Shown piece after piece: positions 14,635 to 29,530 of a stretch of DNA of 64,000 bases. The stretch covers positions 102,364,001 to 102,428,000 of the forward strand of contig NC_087472.1 in NCBI RefSeq assembly GCF_036321535.1, in the 5' to 3' direction. How positions within the stretch are numbered: the first letter of the stretch is position 1; every line of letters begins with the position of its first letter. Below the pieces are notes generated by a model. It ran no database searches, had not been told where the DNA came from, and saw nothing but the letters and a program-made list of their open reading frames with translations. This DNA is from Camelus dromedarius. Lineage: Eukaryota. A program made the position numbers and the translations under genes.

Positions 14635-15659
14635 CTAAAATTAGTAAGCACTTTACATTTAGGAAGTACAGTGAAAACCTTTGCATTATGGCTGGAAGAA
14701 TTATAGTGAGAACTATGGAACACATTTTCAAAAACCAAATACAGTACTGTAGTGTAATATCTTATTTAAATGGTTTTAAGCCATGCTACCCTGCCAACCT
14801 CTTTTCCATTGGGATAGGAAAGCAAGCAAATAATTTAGGGCAGAAAAAAACAATTTTAATTTCTATGCTCCTTTCAAAAATAAAATAATATGATGTTTTG
14901 GAAAACTTTTTAGGAATCAGCATCATCAAATTTTGCTTTCCTGAAAAACATACACAAGCTACTTTATCGAAACAATCCTATCCTCTAAATTAGAACTTAA
15001 TAAGCAGCCCTCAGGATTCTTGGCTAGTGAGACAGGGATCACTGCAATGGTTAAGTCTGGAGCAAATGCATCCATTTCAAGGTTAAATCAACACTAACAG
15101 ATAAGATGGCAGCCTTACTGACCTTTTACTGAAGGAAATGATGCTGAGTCACAATCTCCAGAGCAAGAGTGACACCTGGTGGCCTATCAAAACATACCAA
15201 GAATCCTTACAGACAATATGCTTTCAGCTATTAAGAACATCTTTATGGAAATTCCTGCCAGAAACATGGTTTTGTTTTCGTAAAATACTCTTGTAAAGTC
15301 ATCTTACTCTGGACCGTGGGCTGCAGGATCTGCACACACAATCAGTAACTCGATGGGGGGAGGGCTGGAACTGCCCCGGCCCTCCCCAATTCGAGGTAAC
15401 CACAGTCCTGAATCCTGGGTTCACTAGGCCTTTGTTCTCCTCTGTACTTTTTGTCATCTGTGGGTGGTCCTAAAAGAAACCGTTTTGGTTTTAGTTGTTC
15501 TGACTTTATTGTGGCTACTGCAATTGAGAAACCACATTTTTTCTTTTCTTTAAACGAATTCAAGCTTCAATAGCCACACGTGGCTCGTGGTTCTATTGGG
15601 GACAGCACAGCTGCAGATGACATCACTAAGACTCATCCAGGCTGTCTGCACGCAGCCAG

Positions 15660-15830
15660 AGCAGGGGACAGCACACCTTTTCTGTAAATGGCCAGAAAGT
15701 ACATAGTTGAGGCTTTGCAGACCCCATCCAGTGTTGGTTGTCTTCTAAGCAACACTTGAAAGACATAAACCCATTCTTAGCTTGGGGGCAGTACAAAAAC
15801 AGGCCTTGCTGGCTTTGACCCAAAGGTTGT
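15660..15830. mobile_element. hAT-Charlie MITE remnant (MER58-like)
   Basis: ttttctgtaaatggccaga..aggctttgcag...ccattcttagct pattern, recognised from memory. Confidence 0.55.
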
Positions 15831-15849
15831 ATACTATTCCACTTAAAAA

Positions 15850-16600
15850 TTATATACTGCACACAACACACTTTGTTGACCCAGTCTCTTGTCAGTGGGC
15901 ATTTGGGTTGTTTCCAGGTTCTACTGCTCACAGCGGCTCGAACGTTCTCACAAATGCTTCCTGGTATACACCTCTCCCATCAGCGATTTGTAAGAGATCA
16001 TGCAGACACACAGCCTCTCCAAAACTCCATACAATCACAATTGTTTATTTATGCCACTACAATGGGCATGAAACAGTATCTCACTGTGGTGCTGATTTGC
16101 ATTTCCCTGATCATCAATAAGGTCGAACATCTCCCTGTATGTTTAGGTACCTTTATGTTAAGATGCATCATGGATGTTGTTCCACTTCTATGAAATGCCT
16201 CTTACGTGTCTCTTGCTCGCTTTCCCATCGGGGTGTTTGTCATTTTCATACTTGTTTGTAGGTGTTTCTTAGATATTCTTGACACTAAACCTTTTGTTGG
16301 TTATTATTTGTTGGAAATATGGTTTCCCCAGTTTGTAACGTGTCTTCTCACTTCCTTCTAAAGTGTCTTTCGACGAACAGAAAGTCTTAACTTCAACATA
16401 GCCAATGTCTGCAATCTTTTCTGATAATGCTTTTTGTGTTGTAAGAAATCCTTCTCTTAATCGAAGTTTGGAAAAATAGTCACCTGTTACTATACTTAGA
16501 CAAATCTAAATGATATCTAAAATTTCACTTAGGTTCTTAATCCATTTGGAATTAGTCATTGTGCATGGTGTCTAAGAATCTAATTTCATTTTTCCATTAG
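15850..16600 (-). mobile_element. Old L1 fragment (antisense)
   Basis: gggcatttgggttgtttccag, atttgcatttccctgat and atccatttggaatt motifs. Confidence 0.75.
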
Positions 16601-18723
16601 GATATTCACTTTTTAAGCTCTATTGGTAATTCTCCCCTAAATGCAACCACAGATTCCATAAAATGCTCTTCAAAATCCCCAAGGGGTGTTTTTTCCCCAT
16701 GGAATTAATAAGTTGAATCTAAAATTTTATAGAGAGTAAAGAGGAAGGAATAACAAAGATACTTGTGATGAAATGAGAAGGATACACTTACCCAATCAGA
16801 TATCAAAGTTTATTATTATACTACACTAATCTACACAAACTAAGGAATGGGAAAGAACAGCACCATAACGTGCTTAAGGACCATTTTACAGGCCTAATGG
16901 TACCCACACTTAGCAAGTGAAATGTGCCATAAACCCACGCCATATGGCAAATGTGGCAGCCACAAGACCCCCGAGTGGACCATCCTGACTGCAGCGCAGG
17001 CACCACTCCACCCGCTCTACAGGACTTTTCTATGTGTCTGAGCCACAAGCACAGTGATGTCAGATGATGCTGTCACAAAACAGACAGAGCAGTGACGGCA
17101 AAAGGGAAGTTTTCTGAATAATCCTTGGGAAAAGGCTATTACCCTGATGGCCTCACTGCTATGTAACCTATATACTCTACCTTTTAAAAGAAATGAGTGT
17201 GGTTTCAAGAAAGAAGGCTTATAACATTTTCTGAAACAGTAACTATTTCATCCTCCACATGTTCAGCACAAATCTAAATTGAAGAGATGATACTAAGCAA
17301 GTCTTCAATGTGTCACATCTTATAAAATGAATGTAGCAATTACTACTGGTGCTGAAAAATAACCATACCCACCCCCCACACCAACAAAACACCCTAGACC
17401 CTTGCTACTTGGCGTGTGATCCAAGGGCTGACAGCATCACCACCAGCCTGACCTGAGAGCTTGTTAAAATGCAGACTCTCAGGCCCCAACCCAGACCCAG
17501 TGAATCACAATGTGCCCTTGAACAGAAGTCCCAATATCTGTGTGTCTAAGAATGTCTGCCCAAGGCGACTACCCGCCCCTTCTCCTCATCCATGTGTCAC
17601 AACACTGCCTGCTATGGTCACAACACTGGGTCAAGTAGCTCACCCCCTACACTACTTTTTTCTTTTACTCTTTTCTCCATTTTTTCCTTTTTCCTTTTTA
17701 GTTTTGTTCTTCTTCTCCCACCACTTCTCACATGATTCTCCTCATGTGGATGAAACCAATAGGAACTCTCTTCCACGGCCAATGGAAGAGTTCCTTTCCC
17801 AAGCCAGCAATCTGACCTCGTTGTGTTTTTTGCCATCTTTGTGTTTGTGACTGTCCTAGGCCGTTTTCACTGATGCACAGGATTTCCTGTAGCTCTGAAT
17901 GGAAGGTGCCAGACTGCTGAATGCCAGCCAAGTGGGGGTCTACATGGACCCCTTTATAAACTGAGGGGAAGGAACTGTAATTCTTCGAATAATAAATAAA
18001 ACAATTCATTTTCAAAGCTGGTCACTGACAAAAAAGCTAGTGCTTATGACATGGAATAACAGCTTCAACAACAGATGACAATGCATAAAAACTGTCCATG
18101 ATAATTCACCTAAGTATTTCACAAAAGACATTGATTTAGCATATTAGAACCACTTATTCTAAAAGTTTCCCACAACCCTTACTTCAAAGGGTCCTATGAC
18201 TTTCCCATTCTTCTACTTAAATAGGATGGCAGTGTTTCCATACGGACAACTGCTTTCCTAATTTTAAAAACAGAATTAACGCTACTTGAAATAACACAGG
18301 TCTGGAACAAATGAGGTCAATTTCTTTGGAAGATGGAAAAAGGAATGCCTGGCACATGGCAAATGCTAAATCAGTATTTCCCAAGACACAGTATTGTTTT
18401 AGTAAACTATTTCATCGAACTCACAACTTCAATCACAATGGTTAGAGCCTTTATCTCTAGAATTCCCTTGGGAAAATTTAAATACAGGAACCACCACACT
18501 CCAACTGACTGGCATCTAAAGACACAACATAGGAATGAAAAGGCTGAGTGAGAAATAGTCTAAGACTGAGTTTTAGAAAATCTATGCCGTATCTTAGCAT
18601 TATAATGCTCTCTATATAGATCACCTTATAAAATGAAGTCATATAAGCAACAAAAAGCCCCAAGAAATCAGATTCTCCTCTTCAATTCTGGAGTAAAATA
18701 TAATTTTACATTTAAAGCTATAT

Positions 18724-18867
18724 TGGGGGGATGGTATAGCTCAGTGGTAGAGTGCATGCTTAGCATGCACGAGGTCCTGGGTTCAATCCCCAGTCCTTCC
18801 ACTAAAATAAGTAAATAAATAAACCTAATTACGTCCCCCCATCAAAAAAATTTTTTTAATTAAAAAA
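18724..18867 (+). mobile_element. tRNA-Ala-derived SINE (vic-1-like)
   Basis: GGTATAGCTCAGTGGTAGAGTGCATGCTTAGCATGCACGAGGTCCTGGGTTCAATCCCCAGT; TSD AAAGCTATAT 18714-18723 / 18868-18877. Confidence 0.92.
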
Positions 18868-18963
18868 AAAGCTATATCAAAATCATATTTTAAAAAGCTT
18901 ATCAAGCACATACACATTTAGCTCTATTTTATATGGACCTCACTCCCTTGATTTAATACTCAC

Positions 18964-19055
18964 AAGATCAGCATATTTCTTACAGAGAGCTGCCAGCTTC
19001 TCTTCTGGAGTTGAAAGGGTGTTTAGGGCTTGCATCAATAATAAAACTTCTTTTC
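18964..19055 (-). CDS. TXLNG: TXLNG exon 3 (92 nt, KEVLLLMQALNTLSTPEEKLAALCKKYADL)
   Basis: catcAG acceptor and GTGAGT donor; manual translation matches the start of the taxilin domain; restores the frame after exon 2. Confidence 0.96.
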
Positions 19056-20014
19056 CTGATGATTAACAAAATAAGAAATAAGTCCAGAAGAAGAAAGATC
19101 AAATCTAATCTGTAAATGCTTCGCTTCTGTGTTCTGATATCCAGAGTAAAATAATTTGCGCCTATAACTAGAAATAAAGACATTTACTAGCTAAATTAAG
19201 AAAGCTATTTTTAAAATCTGGATCAGCAGGCACCCCTTCCTCCCCACCCCCAACTCCAAATTTCTTCAGTCACTAACACTGTCGAGCTATTTGTAAAAAA
19301 AACTCTTGCTGAAAGCTTAAAAACTCCCTTGCTTAACTACTGATATCTAAGTTAAGACAAAGGGCAAGTTACAAAGGGCAGAATATTTTTAAAAGCTTCC
19401 TCCTGACCAAGTACGAATATAGAAGGAAATTCAAAGGGAGTTTCAGTTGGTACCCTCTGCCTATCTAAGACACACACAACCACTTGTGACACATATCTTT
19501 TCCTTTGAGCAATTTAAATAACTTCTGATGACTGAGTAGGCATATTCTGCCTGTTAACCAATTTAGTGTTGGGGGGAGGATGTCAAAATGGCTCTTCCCT
19601 TGGGGAAAGTATTTTAAGGACTCTGGCAGGGAGAAGCAGGTGGCTGGAATAGGAAGGGACAAATGGTGTTTCAAAATAAGTGACAATAATGTTTTACTTC
19701 TTAAGCGAGGTGGTAGGTACCATTTTTACTGTTTTAAATGTTCACTCTTTATGAAGGATATTTCATTACAAATACATACATTAAAATGACTTTAGTATAT
19801 GGTGTACAGACTGCTATGAGGAAAATCAGCAGGCTGACTTCAAAATAGAATCCTTTTCTATCCAGAGAAAACTTTAGTAACAAAGCTTCTCATTCAGCCC
19901 AAGACCAGTAAGAATTTTAAAAGAGATGACTAAACATGATATGATTAGAAATAACTGTAATATGACCTGCAATTATTATGAAGATTTTTAAACTCACACG
20001 CTACTTAGTTTCTT

Positions 20015-20550
20015 CTGAAATATAATTCACTACCATAAAATTCACCCTTAAAGTGTATAATTAAGTAAGTATATTCACAAAGTTATACAACTATTACCAC
20101 TGTCTAATTTCAAAACATTTTCATCACCTCAAAAAGAAACTCCATACCCGTGAACAGTCACCCTGCTCCCTGCTCCAGGCTCCTGGCAACCACTATTCTA
20201 CTTGCTGCTTCCATGGATTTGCCAATTCTGAACACTTCGTATGAAGTGGAATTACCTAATTTGTGGCCTTTTGTGTCTGGTTTATTTCACTTTGCATAAT
20301 ATTTTCAAGGTTCACCTACTATGACTCATTACTTCACTCCTTTTCATGGCTGAATAATATTCCATTGTACAGACCAACCACATCTTGTTTATCCATTCAT
20401 CACCTGATGGGTAACTGCATTGTTTCGACTTTTTTGGCTACCATGAACAATGCTGCCTCAGGCACTTGTGGACACGTTTTCAACCTCTCTGAGTACATAA
20501 TGAGATGTGGAACTGCTGGCTCACATGGAAACATTATTTGTAACTTTTTA
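20015..20550 (-). mobile_element. Old L1 3' end (L1M-type)
   Basis: ataattcac..ccataaaattcacc, tggctgaataatattccattgt. Confidence 0.8.
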
Positions 20551-21295
20551 AGACTCCATCTGCTTTTACACATTTAATTGGGGCTGGTAATTTTGAAGAA
20601 ATCTGTCTTGTTTGTAAGGAATTAAAATTATTTTTCATATTTCTATGAATGTTTAAGTTTTCCAAGTTAACAGAAAATGGATTTAATAAGAAGGATCATT
20701 CCAACTCAGCATACAGAAAACCAAACAAATTAAGCACTGTTAACCTTAGATATAATAAGTATAAAAAACTTAGAGGCAAACATAAGCTTAAAATAAAAGG
20801 GGAATTCAGATTTCATAATGAGATTTAACATATCACATTCTTAGTCCTAAATCTCCAACACAGCAGGACAAAGAAAACATACCCTTGAAAACCAGTCTTA
20901 ACCCACTTTCTGCACTATAGATAACATGTCGTCTCTAAAGTTTTGTGACTAGTTTCAAAATGGAATGATACATAGTTTTCACAGTAAATTTTGGTCAGAC
21001 TACATTAAAGATGCAAACAAGGCAAGTCAGATACTACTTCTGTCACTTTGACCCCAGATTTTTTCAAGAAAGCCAATTCTTGATTACTGAGAAAGAAATC
21101 GCTTTCTGTGCTGCTACCCTGGCCCCCCGCTCTTCACTGCAACAGACAGGCCAACTGCCCCACTGAGGACAACACATGTAGTAGCTGGACAACATCTCCC
21201 TCAACACTGGCCATTTTATAATCACGTGTGCTGCAGAAAAGACAAGTCAAATGAGCAAGGTGTGAAACGTCCAACCCCTGAGCAGAGGTTGTTAC

Positions 21296-21599
21296 CTAAG
21301 GTTTTCTCTTTGTTCCTGTTGCACTCTGAATCCTGCCGACCATCGGGGGGGTCTGTTCGAGCCTCTTGCCCGGGAATTTCCTCCCTTGCCTCCTGTGTGC
21401 AGTACGCTGGGCTCACCAAACTCCTGCTCTTTGTTAGAAAGTCACTGCTCACATCCTCTTCTAATGAGTGTTTGTTACTTGTGCCACCGCAGTTTGCATC
21501 CTGATGTTGAAGAATATCATTTGACTGAGAGTTACGCAACATATCTGCCTTCACCCCTAGCCCGCACATTCCAGCTTCTTCCATTGTGCCAATCACAAA
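21296..21599 (-). CDS. TXLNG: TXLNG exon 2 (304 nt, FVIGTMEEAG...NRNKEKTL-G)
   Basis: tttccctctAG acceptor and GTAAC donor; translation matches gamma-taxilin; phase 0 to phase 1. Confidence 0.96.
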
Positions 21600-24384
21600 C
21601 TAGAGGGAAAAGGAGGAGAAAATAGATGGAAAGGGGGTTAAGTCAAATGTAATCAATCTTCACAATCAATCGCACACCATAGGTTGACAACTTTTTTTCT
21701 TAGTTTGTAAAATCTATGTAAACATGCGGGTCTCTAAGTTTCACTGAGGTGACCTAACTGTAAAGAAGAAGAAAATTAAAGTTAAAACAAATCACACAAC
21801 TAAGCAGTACCAAAGGAAGAAAGAAATGCCATTTAGTTATACACCTAAACTTATTTCAAAAAAAAAAATGTATCAAGTTGTGTTAGTGCCTGGCCAATAA
21901 AAAATAAACTTATTTCCCTATAAAAATTCACCACTTAAAATAATTAGCATCTTAAAAGGCACAAAATTACCCTAATGAACATTAATCATTCTAGTCTCAT
22001 CCTCAGGGAGATGGGATGGCAGAGCTGGCTCCCAAGCTGTCTAGCAGAAACCCATGTTCCTCCAATATCCCATGGAGCTGGTACCACCGGACGACATCGT
22101 GGGACTCCCACGTCAAGTTCCGGCTGATAAAATGTGAGCTGAAGTGGTGACCTTCTCTTGGGTAATGAAACTTTTATTCTTTAAAGCACACATTCTTTCT
22201 CCACCATCTGGTCTTCACTCTGGCTGGATGCAAAGGTCTCCGAGCATCTAAGAACTGGCAGAGCCACAGGAGGAAAGCAGCCTGAGCCCTAAATCTCACA
22301 TACACATAGAAGGAAAGCTGCCCTTCTACCACTCACACTGGACTCTTAGATGACTAAGAAAATTAATTTCTCTCACGTTAAGCCACAGACATTTTGAGAT
22401 TTGTATTTTAAGCAGCTCTCCCTGCCCTAACAAATATAGAAAGTAGGCATGGGAGAGACAGCTTCATTCTAGTATTTTATTCTCGAATCAGTAATTTAAC
22501 TTTACTTTCTCTTCTACCATATCATTAACCCATTCATTTGAGGGGGTGTTTTCCCCCTTGTTAACACTACTTGGCCATATGATGGGGCGCAAATTTAAAT
22601 TCTGTACATTTTCTCTCTGTATGAAAGAGGGCCTCTTCCTTTTTTGAATAATACAACTGAAGGGGAGGTGGCTAATACCTTTCTCTTATCACAAGTGGAC
22701 AAAAGCTATTTTACAAAGTTAATAGGAGAACAGAGACTTATTACTTCAAGTTGTTCAACTGAAGAACTGAAAATAATCTGAAGTATCCAAGTAGCAGGTA
22801 ATGGAGAGGTTAAGAGAACTAAATCCTTATCTTGTACATCTAATGCTGATAAATCAAGTACTGCACTTTTGGAAGAACAAACTGGTGCAGCCACTTTTAA
22901 AAACTCTTTCACAATATGGACACCTTCCAACCCAGTTAATTCTACTCCTAGGATTTTACCCGAGTAGGTACGGGTGTGCAGCCAAAGGCCAAGAATGTTT
23001 AAAGCAGCACTATTTGTAATTGCCCCCAAACAAAATCAACCCAAATTTCTCTCAACAGAAGAATGGGTACACCATAGTATGTTCATGCCATCCAGCACTG
23101 AGAATGGACTAGAGGCAGCGTCACAGATGAGTCTCAGAGAATGCTGTCAGGAAGCTGCCAGAAGAATGCATAATGCAGGAAACCATTTACATATAAAGTT
23201 CAAAAATGGGCAAAGCTAATTGATAGTAGTAGAAATCAAGACAGTGTTTACTTTGAGGGGAAGGGTCCTCTAGGGGGCTTGGTAATATTCCATAGTTCTT
23301 AACCTGGATGGGGTAACAAAGATGTTCACTTTGTGAAAATTCATTAAGCCTAAACCTTTATGGTTTGTATACTTTTCTGAATATGTATTTTACTTTGATA
23401 AGGTTTATTTTTAAAGCTGCAATTTATATGAAGAGTTATGAAGAACTGAACCAGAAATATTTTTCTCTGGGGAGAGAGATTAGAGATGTGCTGCTTTTCA
23501 AGACGTTTTAAAAATAATGTACATGTAATATTTTCATTTCTTAAAAAAAACAATGCATTAAGGAGAAATGGGTTTAGAATTACGGTTTGATGTTTCACTC
23601 TTAAATTCTTTCCGAAAATTTAAAAATTCTCTTCCATATGTAATGCATTCCATAGAGCAGCGTCTCTCAAATGTAATCCAGAGGTATTAGGTCTACAAAA
23701 TTTCATAACAAGGTTTTAGGAAACGTCTTTTGTTAAATTTCATTACTGCAGAAACTTCTTAAAGCCATTAATATGCCCAAATAACATATTACAGAACTAT
23801 TAATATCATACCAAATGCAAAATGATCATTTTAACACTGTATTATAGATATAACTACTAGTTCCACATCTATTTTATATCAAATATTAAACTGTCACATC
23901 CTCGTTGGGCATGGATAATGTTAACAGAAACCCTTTACACAAAAGCAATACAGAGAAAACGGAGAAAAAAACTCCAAGTACTATTAATACCATCTTCCCC
24001 AATTTCTAAAAGATAATTTTTAAACCTATTCCCTGAAAACCATTAGCCTAAGAACAGGGCTACAAAACCACAATGCTGGCTTTAAATACTGATGGAAGTC
24101 TGTTAAAAGATAATTAAAATGGAAGATTGCTTATCTCTAACACGTAACAGAATTTCTCAGAAGCAGAATGATAATAAAGCTCACATAATACCAGAAAACA
24201 TGGTGTCAAGCCACATCAAAAGTCTAATGAGCAAGCAATTTGTTGGAAGGGGAAGCATAAATAATTTTCACTAAGGAAAAGCTGAGGTCTCTCCCAAGAT
24301 CAATTTTAGTAAGAAAGCTACCTGAGATTGGAATTGGTTAATTTCCAGTTTTCCAGTTCTATTGGTGATTTTTCATAACATCTT

Positions 24385-25555
24385 TTGAGATATAATTCAC
24401 ATACCATACAATTCTCTGGTTTTCAGTGTATTCACAAAGTTGTGCAACCATCCTCACAATCAACTGTACAACACTTTAGTCACCTCGAAATGAAAGCCAG
24501 TACCCTTTTAAGCTATAAATCCCTAATCCTCCCAGCCCTAGGCAACTCATGTACTTTCTGTCTCTAAGATGTGGTTACTCTGAACATCCTGCATAATGAT
24601 TTCAAGGTTCATCCATGCAGTAGCATGTATCAGTACTTAATGTCTTTTTATTGCCAAATAATATTCCATTGCATGGATATACCACATTTTATTTATCCAT
24701 TCATTAATTAATAGATATTTGGATTATTTCCAACTTTGGTTATTATAAATAATTTTGTTAAGCTTAGTTATTGCACATTTTAAGTGTTAGAATCAATTAG
24801 TCTAAGTCCTTCAATTTTATTATAGTGTTTTTTAAATTTACCTATTTTTGTCTCATTTTAAAATATAAAATTCATGAATGCAAAATCAAAAATAATAATA
24901 ATAATTTTGTTATGAACATTATAAAAATTTATTATGAACATTAATGTACAAGTCTTTCTGGGGACATATGTTTACTTTTTGCCAGGGTACATGCCTAGGA
25001 GGAGAACTGCTGGGTCATATGGTCACCTTATGTTTATTCTGAGGACCCGCCACACCATTTTTCTAAGTAACCACACCATTCTACATTCCCACCAGCAGTG
25101 TGTGACGGTTCCAATTTCTCCACATCCTTATCAACACTTGTTATGTGTCCTTTTGATTACAGCCATCACAGCTGCTGTGAAGGGATCTCATCTAATGACT
25201 AGTGATGTTGAGAATCTTTTCATGTGCTTACAGACCATTTGTATATCTCCTCTGGAGAAGTTTTTATTTTTCAATTTTTAAAAAATTTTATTTATTATTG
25301 CATTAATTACTTTGGTGAGGGTGAATTAGGTTTGTTTATTTTTGGAGGACATACTGGGGATTGAACCCAGGACCTTCTGCATGCTAAGCATGCACTCTAC
25401 CACTTGAGCTATACCCTCCCCACTGGAGAAATGTTTATTCAGATCCTTTGCCCACTTTTAAATTGGGTTGTTATGTTATTATTGAGATGTAAGAGTTCTT
25501 TATATGTACGAGGTACAAGCCCCTTACCAGATAAATGATTTGCAAATATTTTTTC
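24385..25555 (-). mobile_element. Old L1 3' region with nested inserts
   Basis: gagatataattcacataccata, aataatattccattg, cattcccaccagcagtgt, gatcctttgcccac. Confidence 0.82.
25270..25401 (-). mobile_element. tRNA-Ala-derived SINE (vic-1-like) within L1
   Basis: Reverse-complement head ggggattgaacccagg...gagctataccc; flanking ctggagaa repeats. Confidence 0.88.
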
Positions 25556-27663
25556 TCATTACTGTTCTTCATTCTCTCAGTTTTGGAGAAAAGGCACAGT
25601 ATAGTCACCTATTTCAAAATGTCATAGGAAATTTAACTAAAAGTTACTCTTTCAGATTAAAGCTGTATGTAATCAATAATAACTACATAGAAAAAAGACA
25701 GTTTAGAAAGGTCACATTGTTCACTTAACTCAAAATAATAGCTGGTGGCACTGAGTATAAATCAGGATATTAAATTAATCTGTGTAGTGCACAACCATCA
25801 CATCTCATACTATAGTTTTTTTTTTGTCTTTTAATTGGTGTATTTTTTACCACAAAGTATACTTCTAATGTTATTTCATCACTCTCTATTTTTAGTTACT
25901 ACTACTTCTTTTTTCTTCCCAGACACTCCTTTCACCTCTAAGCTTCTATCACACGTATTACATTATCACCCATTTGGTAGGTACATCCTCCCAGATAGTG
26001 ACAGATTATGCATAAAAGGTCCTCGAGTGTCAACTGATGGAAAACACAAGGGGCCAAAATGGCTGAAAACAAGTTAAGCATTACCACAAGTTTGAGAAAA
26101 CTACCATTATTATTTTATCATGAGGAAGAAGACAGTATTACATTTCCCTTCTCTCCTGTGCAATTAATTTTGATGTACTTTTCACATTTGCTAATGAAAG
26201 ACTTATACTGGCTCTACAAAATCTTCTTGTTTATGAATAAGCCCAGTTCCAGCTGGGCCTGATTCCAACCCTAGTCTACAAATACTCTTGAAATAGCAGG
26301 CCCTAATTTTCCCTACTTGAGACTCTGTACTGGACCATTCAATATGAAACAAATTCTTAGGGCCAACAACTTTAAGTTGTAAATGATTTCTCAACCTTCA
26401 TCTCCTTTAGCAGAGAATTCTGTATCATGTGGCCAATACAACTTCCTACTCTGCCCTCTCTGATACCCATTCTGGACGCCTTTGTTTGGGTACAATCTCT
26501 CATATAAACAGCAGCAACAGCAGCTAACACAGAGCAAATACGACATCCAGGCACTATTGTAAGCACTTTCCTATATTAACTAATTTAATCCTCACAACGT
26601 CACAAGGTAAGTACCAATACTATCTCTATTTTACACATGAGCAGACTGTGGCATGCTAAAGTATCTAGCCTAAGGACACAGTTAGAAAACTGCAGGGCAA
26701 AAAATTGAACTGTCAGTCTAGCTGCTAAGTTCATGTTCTTAATGACAATGTAGTGCTTCAAGACTACCCTTTGCCATACAAACATCCTTGTCCTGACCCG
26801 GCCATCTTACAGAAGTCTGTTGAATAATTGGGAGAGATGCTCCCAAAATATTATATTTTAAAAGAAATTACAAAATAGTATGCATCATCTATTTTATACA
26901 TACACATGTGTGTATATGTATGCACATATGTATATACACATACTCACACAAAGTGTTAGGAGAAAATACATCTAGATATTAATAATGGTTATTTCTAAAT
27001 GGTGTAATTATGGGTGGTGCTTTTTTTTGCTTCATTGTATTTTCTAGTTTTACTACAGTGAATTTTTATTACTCCTGGAATTTAAAAGAACTCAAAAAGA
27101 AAACTACCCGCACTAACAACACTGGAAGCATCACAGAACATGCCTAATTTTTACTAAAAACTCTAAGCACAGTCATAGATAAAAATTAATCTTTTATGTA
27201 ACATAAATGGATACTCAAATAAAGAAGACTATGACCTACAACCCAACAAAAATGGGCCATCATGAAGCAAGGCTTCACAGAAAAGGAAACACAAATAGCT
27301 TATCAACATATGATTAACTTTACTCACAGTAACAGAAATCCAACTTAAAACTATCAGATACCATTTTTCACATCAAAAACTTTGACAACACAGTGTGGAA
27401 GAGGGTGTGAGGTATTCTCAAGCACTCCTGGTCGGGGGATAATTAGTTTAACCACTAAAGACTCCAATTCAGGGTGAGGATTGTCTGGGAAGGGGACAAG
27501 GTAACATTCTGGGGTCCATGGGAATGCTCTGTATCTTGATGAGGGTTTGGGTTCCAGAGCTGCACGCAATTGTTAAAAACTCAGCATGTACATATTTAAC
27601 ATGGCTTCATGGGTGAAGGGATGGATAGATAAGTAAAAAAGCAAGTATAAGAAACTGTCAATG

Positions 27664-27922
27664 CATAGGAAACAAATTTATGGATACCAAAGGGGAAGGG
27701 CAGGAAGGGATACATTAGGAGTTTGGGATTAGTGGATACACACTATTATATATAAAATAGATAAACAACAAGGATCTACTGTATAGCACAGGGAACTATA
27801 TTCACTCTCCTGTAATAACCTATTATGAAAAAGAATATATATGTATGTATAACTGAATCATTACGCTGTACACCAGAAAGTAACACAACATTGTAAATCA
27901 ACTATACTTCAATTAAAAAAAA
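27664..27922 (+). mobile_element. Short L1 3' UTR insertion
   Basis: gtatagcacagggaactatatt...actatacttcaattaaaaaa; TSD-like aactgtcaatg on both sides. Confidence 0.85.
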
Positions 27923-29530
27923 GAAAGAACTGTCAATGATAGAAACTAGGTGGTGGCAATAAGATGTTCAGTATCAAATTCTTTCAACTTTATTGTATGT
28001 TTGAAGTTTTTCATAATAAAATGTTGGAAAAAAATCATCATGCCACATATGCTTTGACCCAACAAATTAATTTCTTATAATTTTTCCTACAGAGAAACCA
28101 TTACATCTGTAAAGTGATATACATAAGAGATATTTATGCAGCATTATTTGTAGTGACAAAAAAATCAGAAATACCCTAAATGACAATTAATAGTGGACTG
28201 GATAGATCATCTGTCTACATCTATACAATGGAGTACTGTAGCATCTGTTAAAAAAATAAGGTCATTGTGTAATTACTGACCTGTAAGGATAGGCTGAAAA
28301 GCAAAAAAACAAACTACGCTGGAGTATGTACTATACTGCAGGCCATGATTGGGGGGGTTCAATGGGGAGGGGGGTGCCGTGTAAGTTTATGAGCAGAAGC
28401 TTATGTACAACCTCTGGAAGGAGACAAAGAATGGTATTAATGGAGGATAAACTGGGTGGGTGGGAATGGGAGGGGCAGGTCAGTGGGCTTACTTACGGAG
28501 CACACCTGTTTTTACCTTTTGAGTTAGGGACCACAAATTACCTTCAAAACAGTTTCTTGTTGTTTTTAAATACCAAGATGAATAGAGTTCTCTAATACAG
28601 TACCTATCATGAGGAAAAACAAGAGGAGGAGGAAATGTTTATATAAATTCCAATCTCAAATGAAAATGAAACAATAAATAGTTTCAAGATGAATTTCTAT
28701 TTGAACTCTTCCCTGAATAAAATCCTGAAACAAAAGCTATCACATTTTCATTCCATTTACCAGTCTATAGTCACAAGCAGCATGTGTAGCTCTTCTGTCC
28801 TGGCCTGAAAGACACTTTGAGAGCAGTCATTTACTACAGCCCTGACCCCCACATCCCAGACCCTAGCCACACCCTCTGTTAAAGGATCCATTTCCCAAAT
28901 CTCCCTCCATCATCCCAACACTTGGAGCTGAGATGACCCCTTAACTGAAGAAGATATGCCTTCAAAATGGACAGCCACCAGTTTATCAACAATTAATTCT
29001 AGGAACAAAGAATAACTATTATAGAAATTCTTACAAACAAACATGAACACTCTGTATTCACCTACTACTTGTAACAGCTTTTTGAATCAATACATTTGAA
29101 ACTAAGATTGCATGGGAACTAAAAGCCTAAAAAAATGTAAGCTTCTTTCCCTTTTACTCTGTGAATAGAGAGAAAGATGAATAATTTTAAAGTGCAAGAC
29201 TTTCACTGATGCTCCTTCAAATACTGTTGAAGCTAAAGAACCATATTTCTTTGGCTTATTTTGTTTAAAGAGCTTAAATGTTTTTAGTGATGGTTGTTCT
29301 TTTACTAAGACTGGCCTAAAGAAAAAACAAAAAAGCCAGCACCCACATTCACTTCCTAATTATTTCAACTACCATCTGCTTAAACCTGCTTGAATGCCCT
29401 GTAACCAGCACCAGGCATGTGCTGAGAGCAGATCACTCGGGCCCTGCCAAGGGCCAGGGCGGCCCACAGAGGGAGCAGCGGAGAAGGATGTGTACACTGA
29501 TGCATTTCCCCGGGCTGAGGTCCTTAGCAT

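Noticed and set aside
17600..18015. ORFs of 72-129 aa with a lysine-rich stretch in TXLNG intron 3
   Set aside because: No recognisable homology or convincing exon boundaries; driven by a purine/pyrimidine-skewed low-complexity tract
18724..18800. tRNA-Ala(AGC)-like sequences here and at about nine other sites
   Set aside because: They share a non-tRNA tail (aacctaattacc), A-rich ends and TSDs, so they are SINE copies rather than tRNA genes
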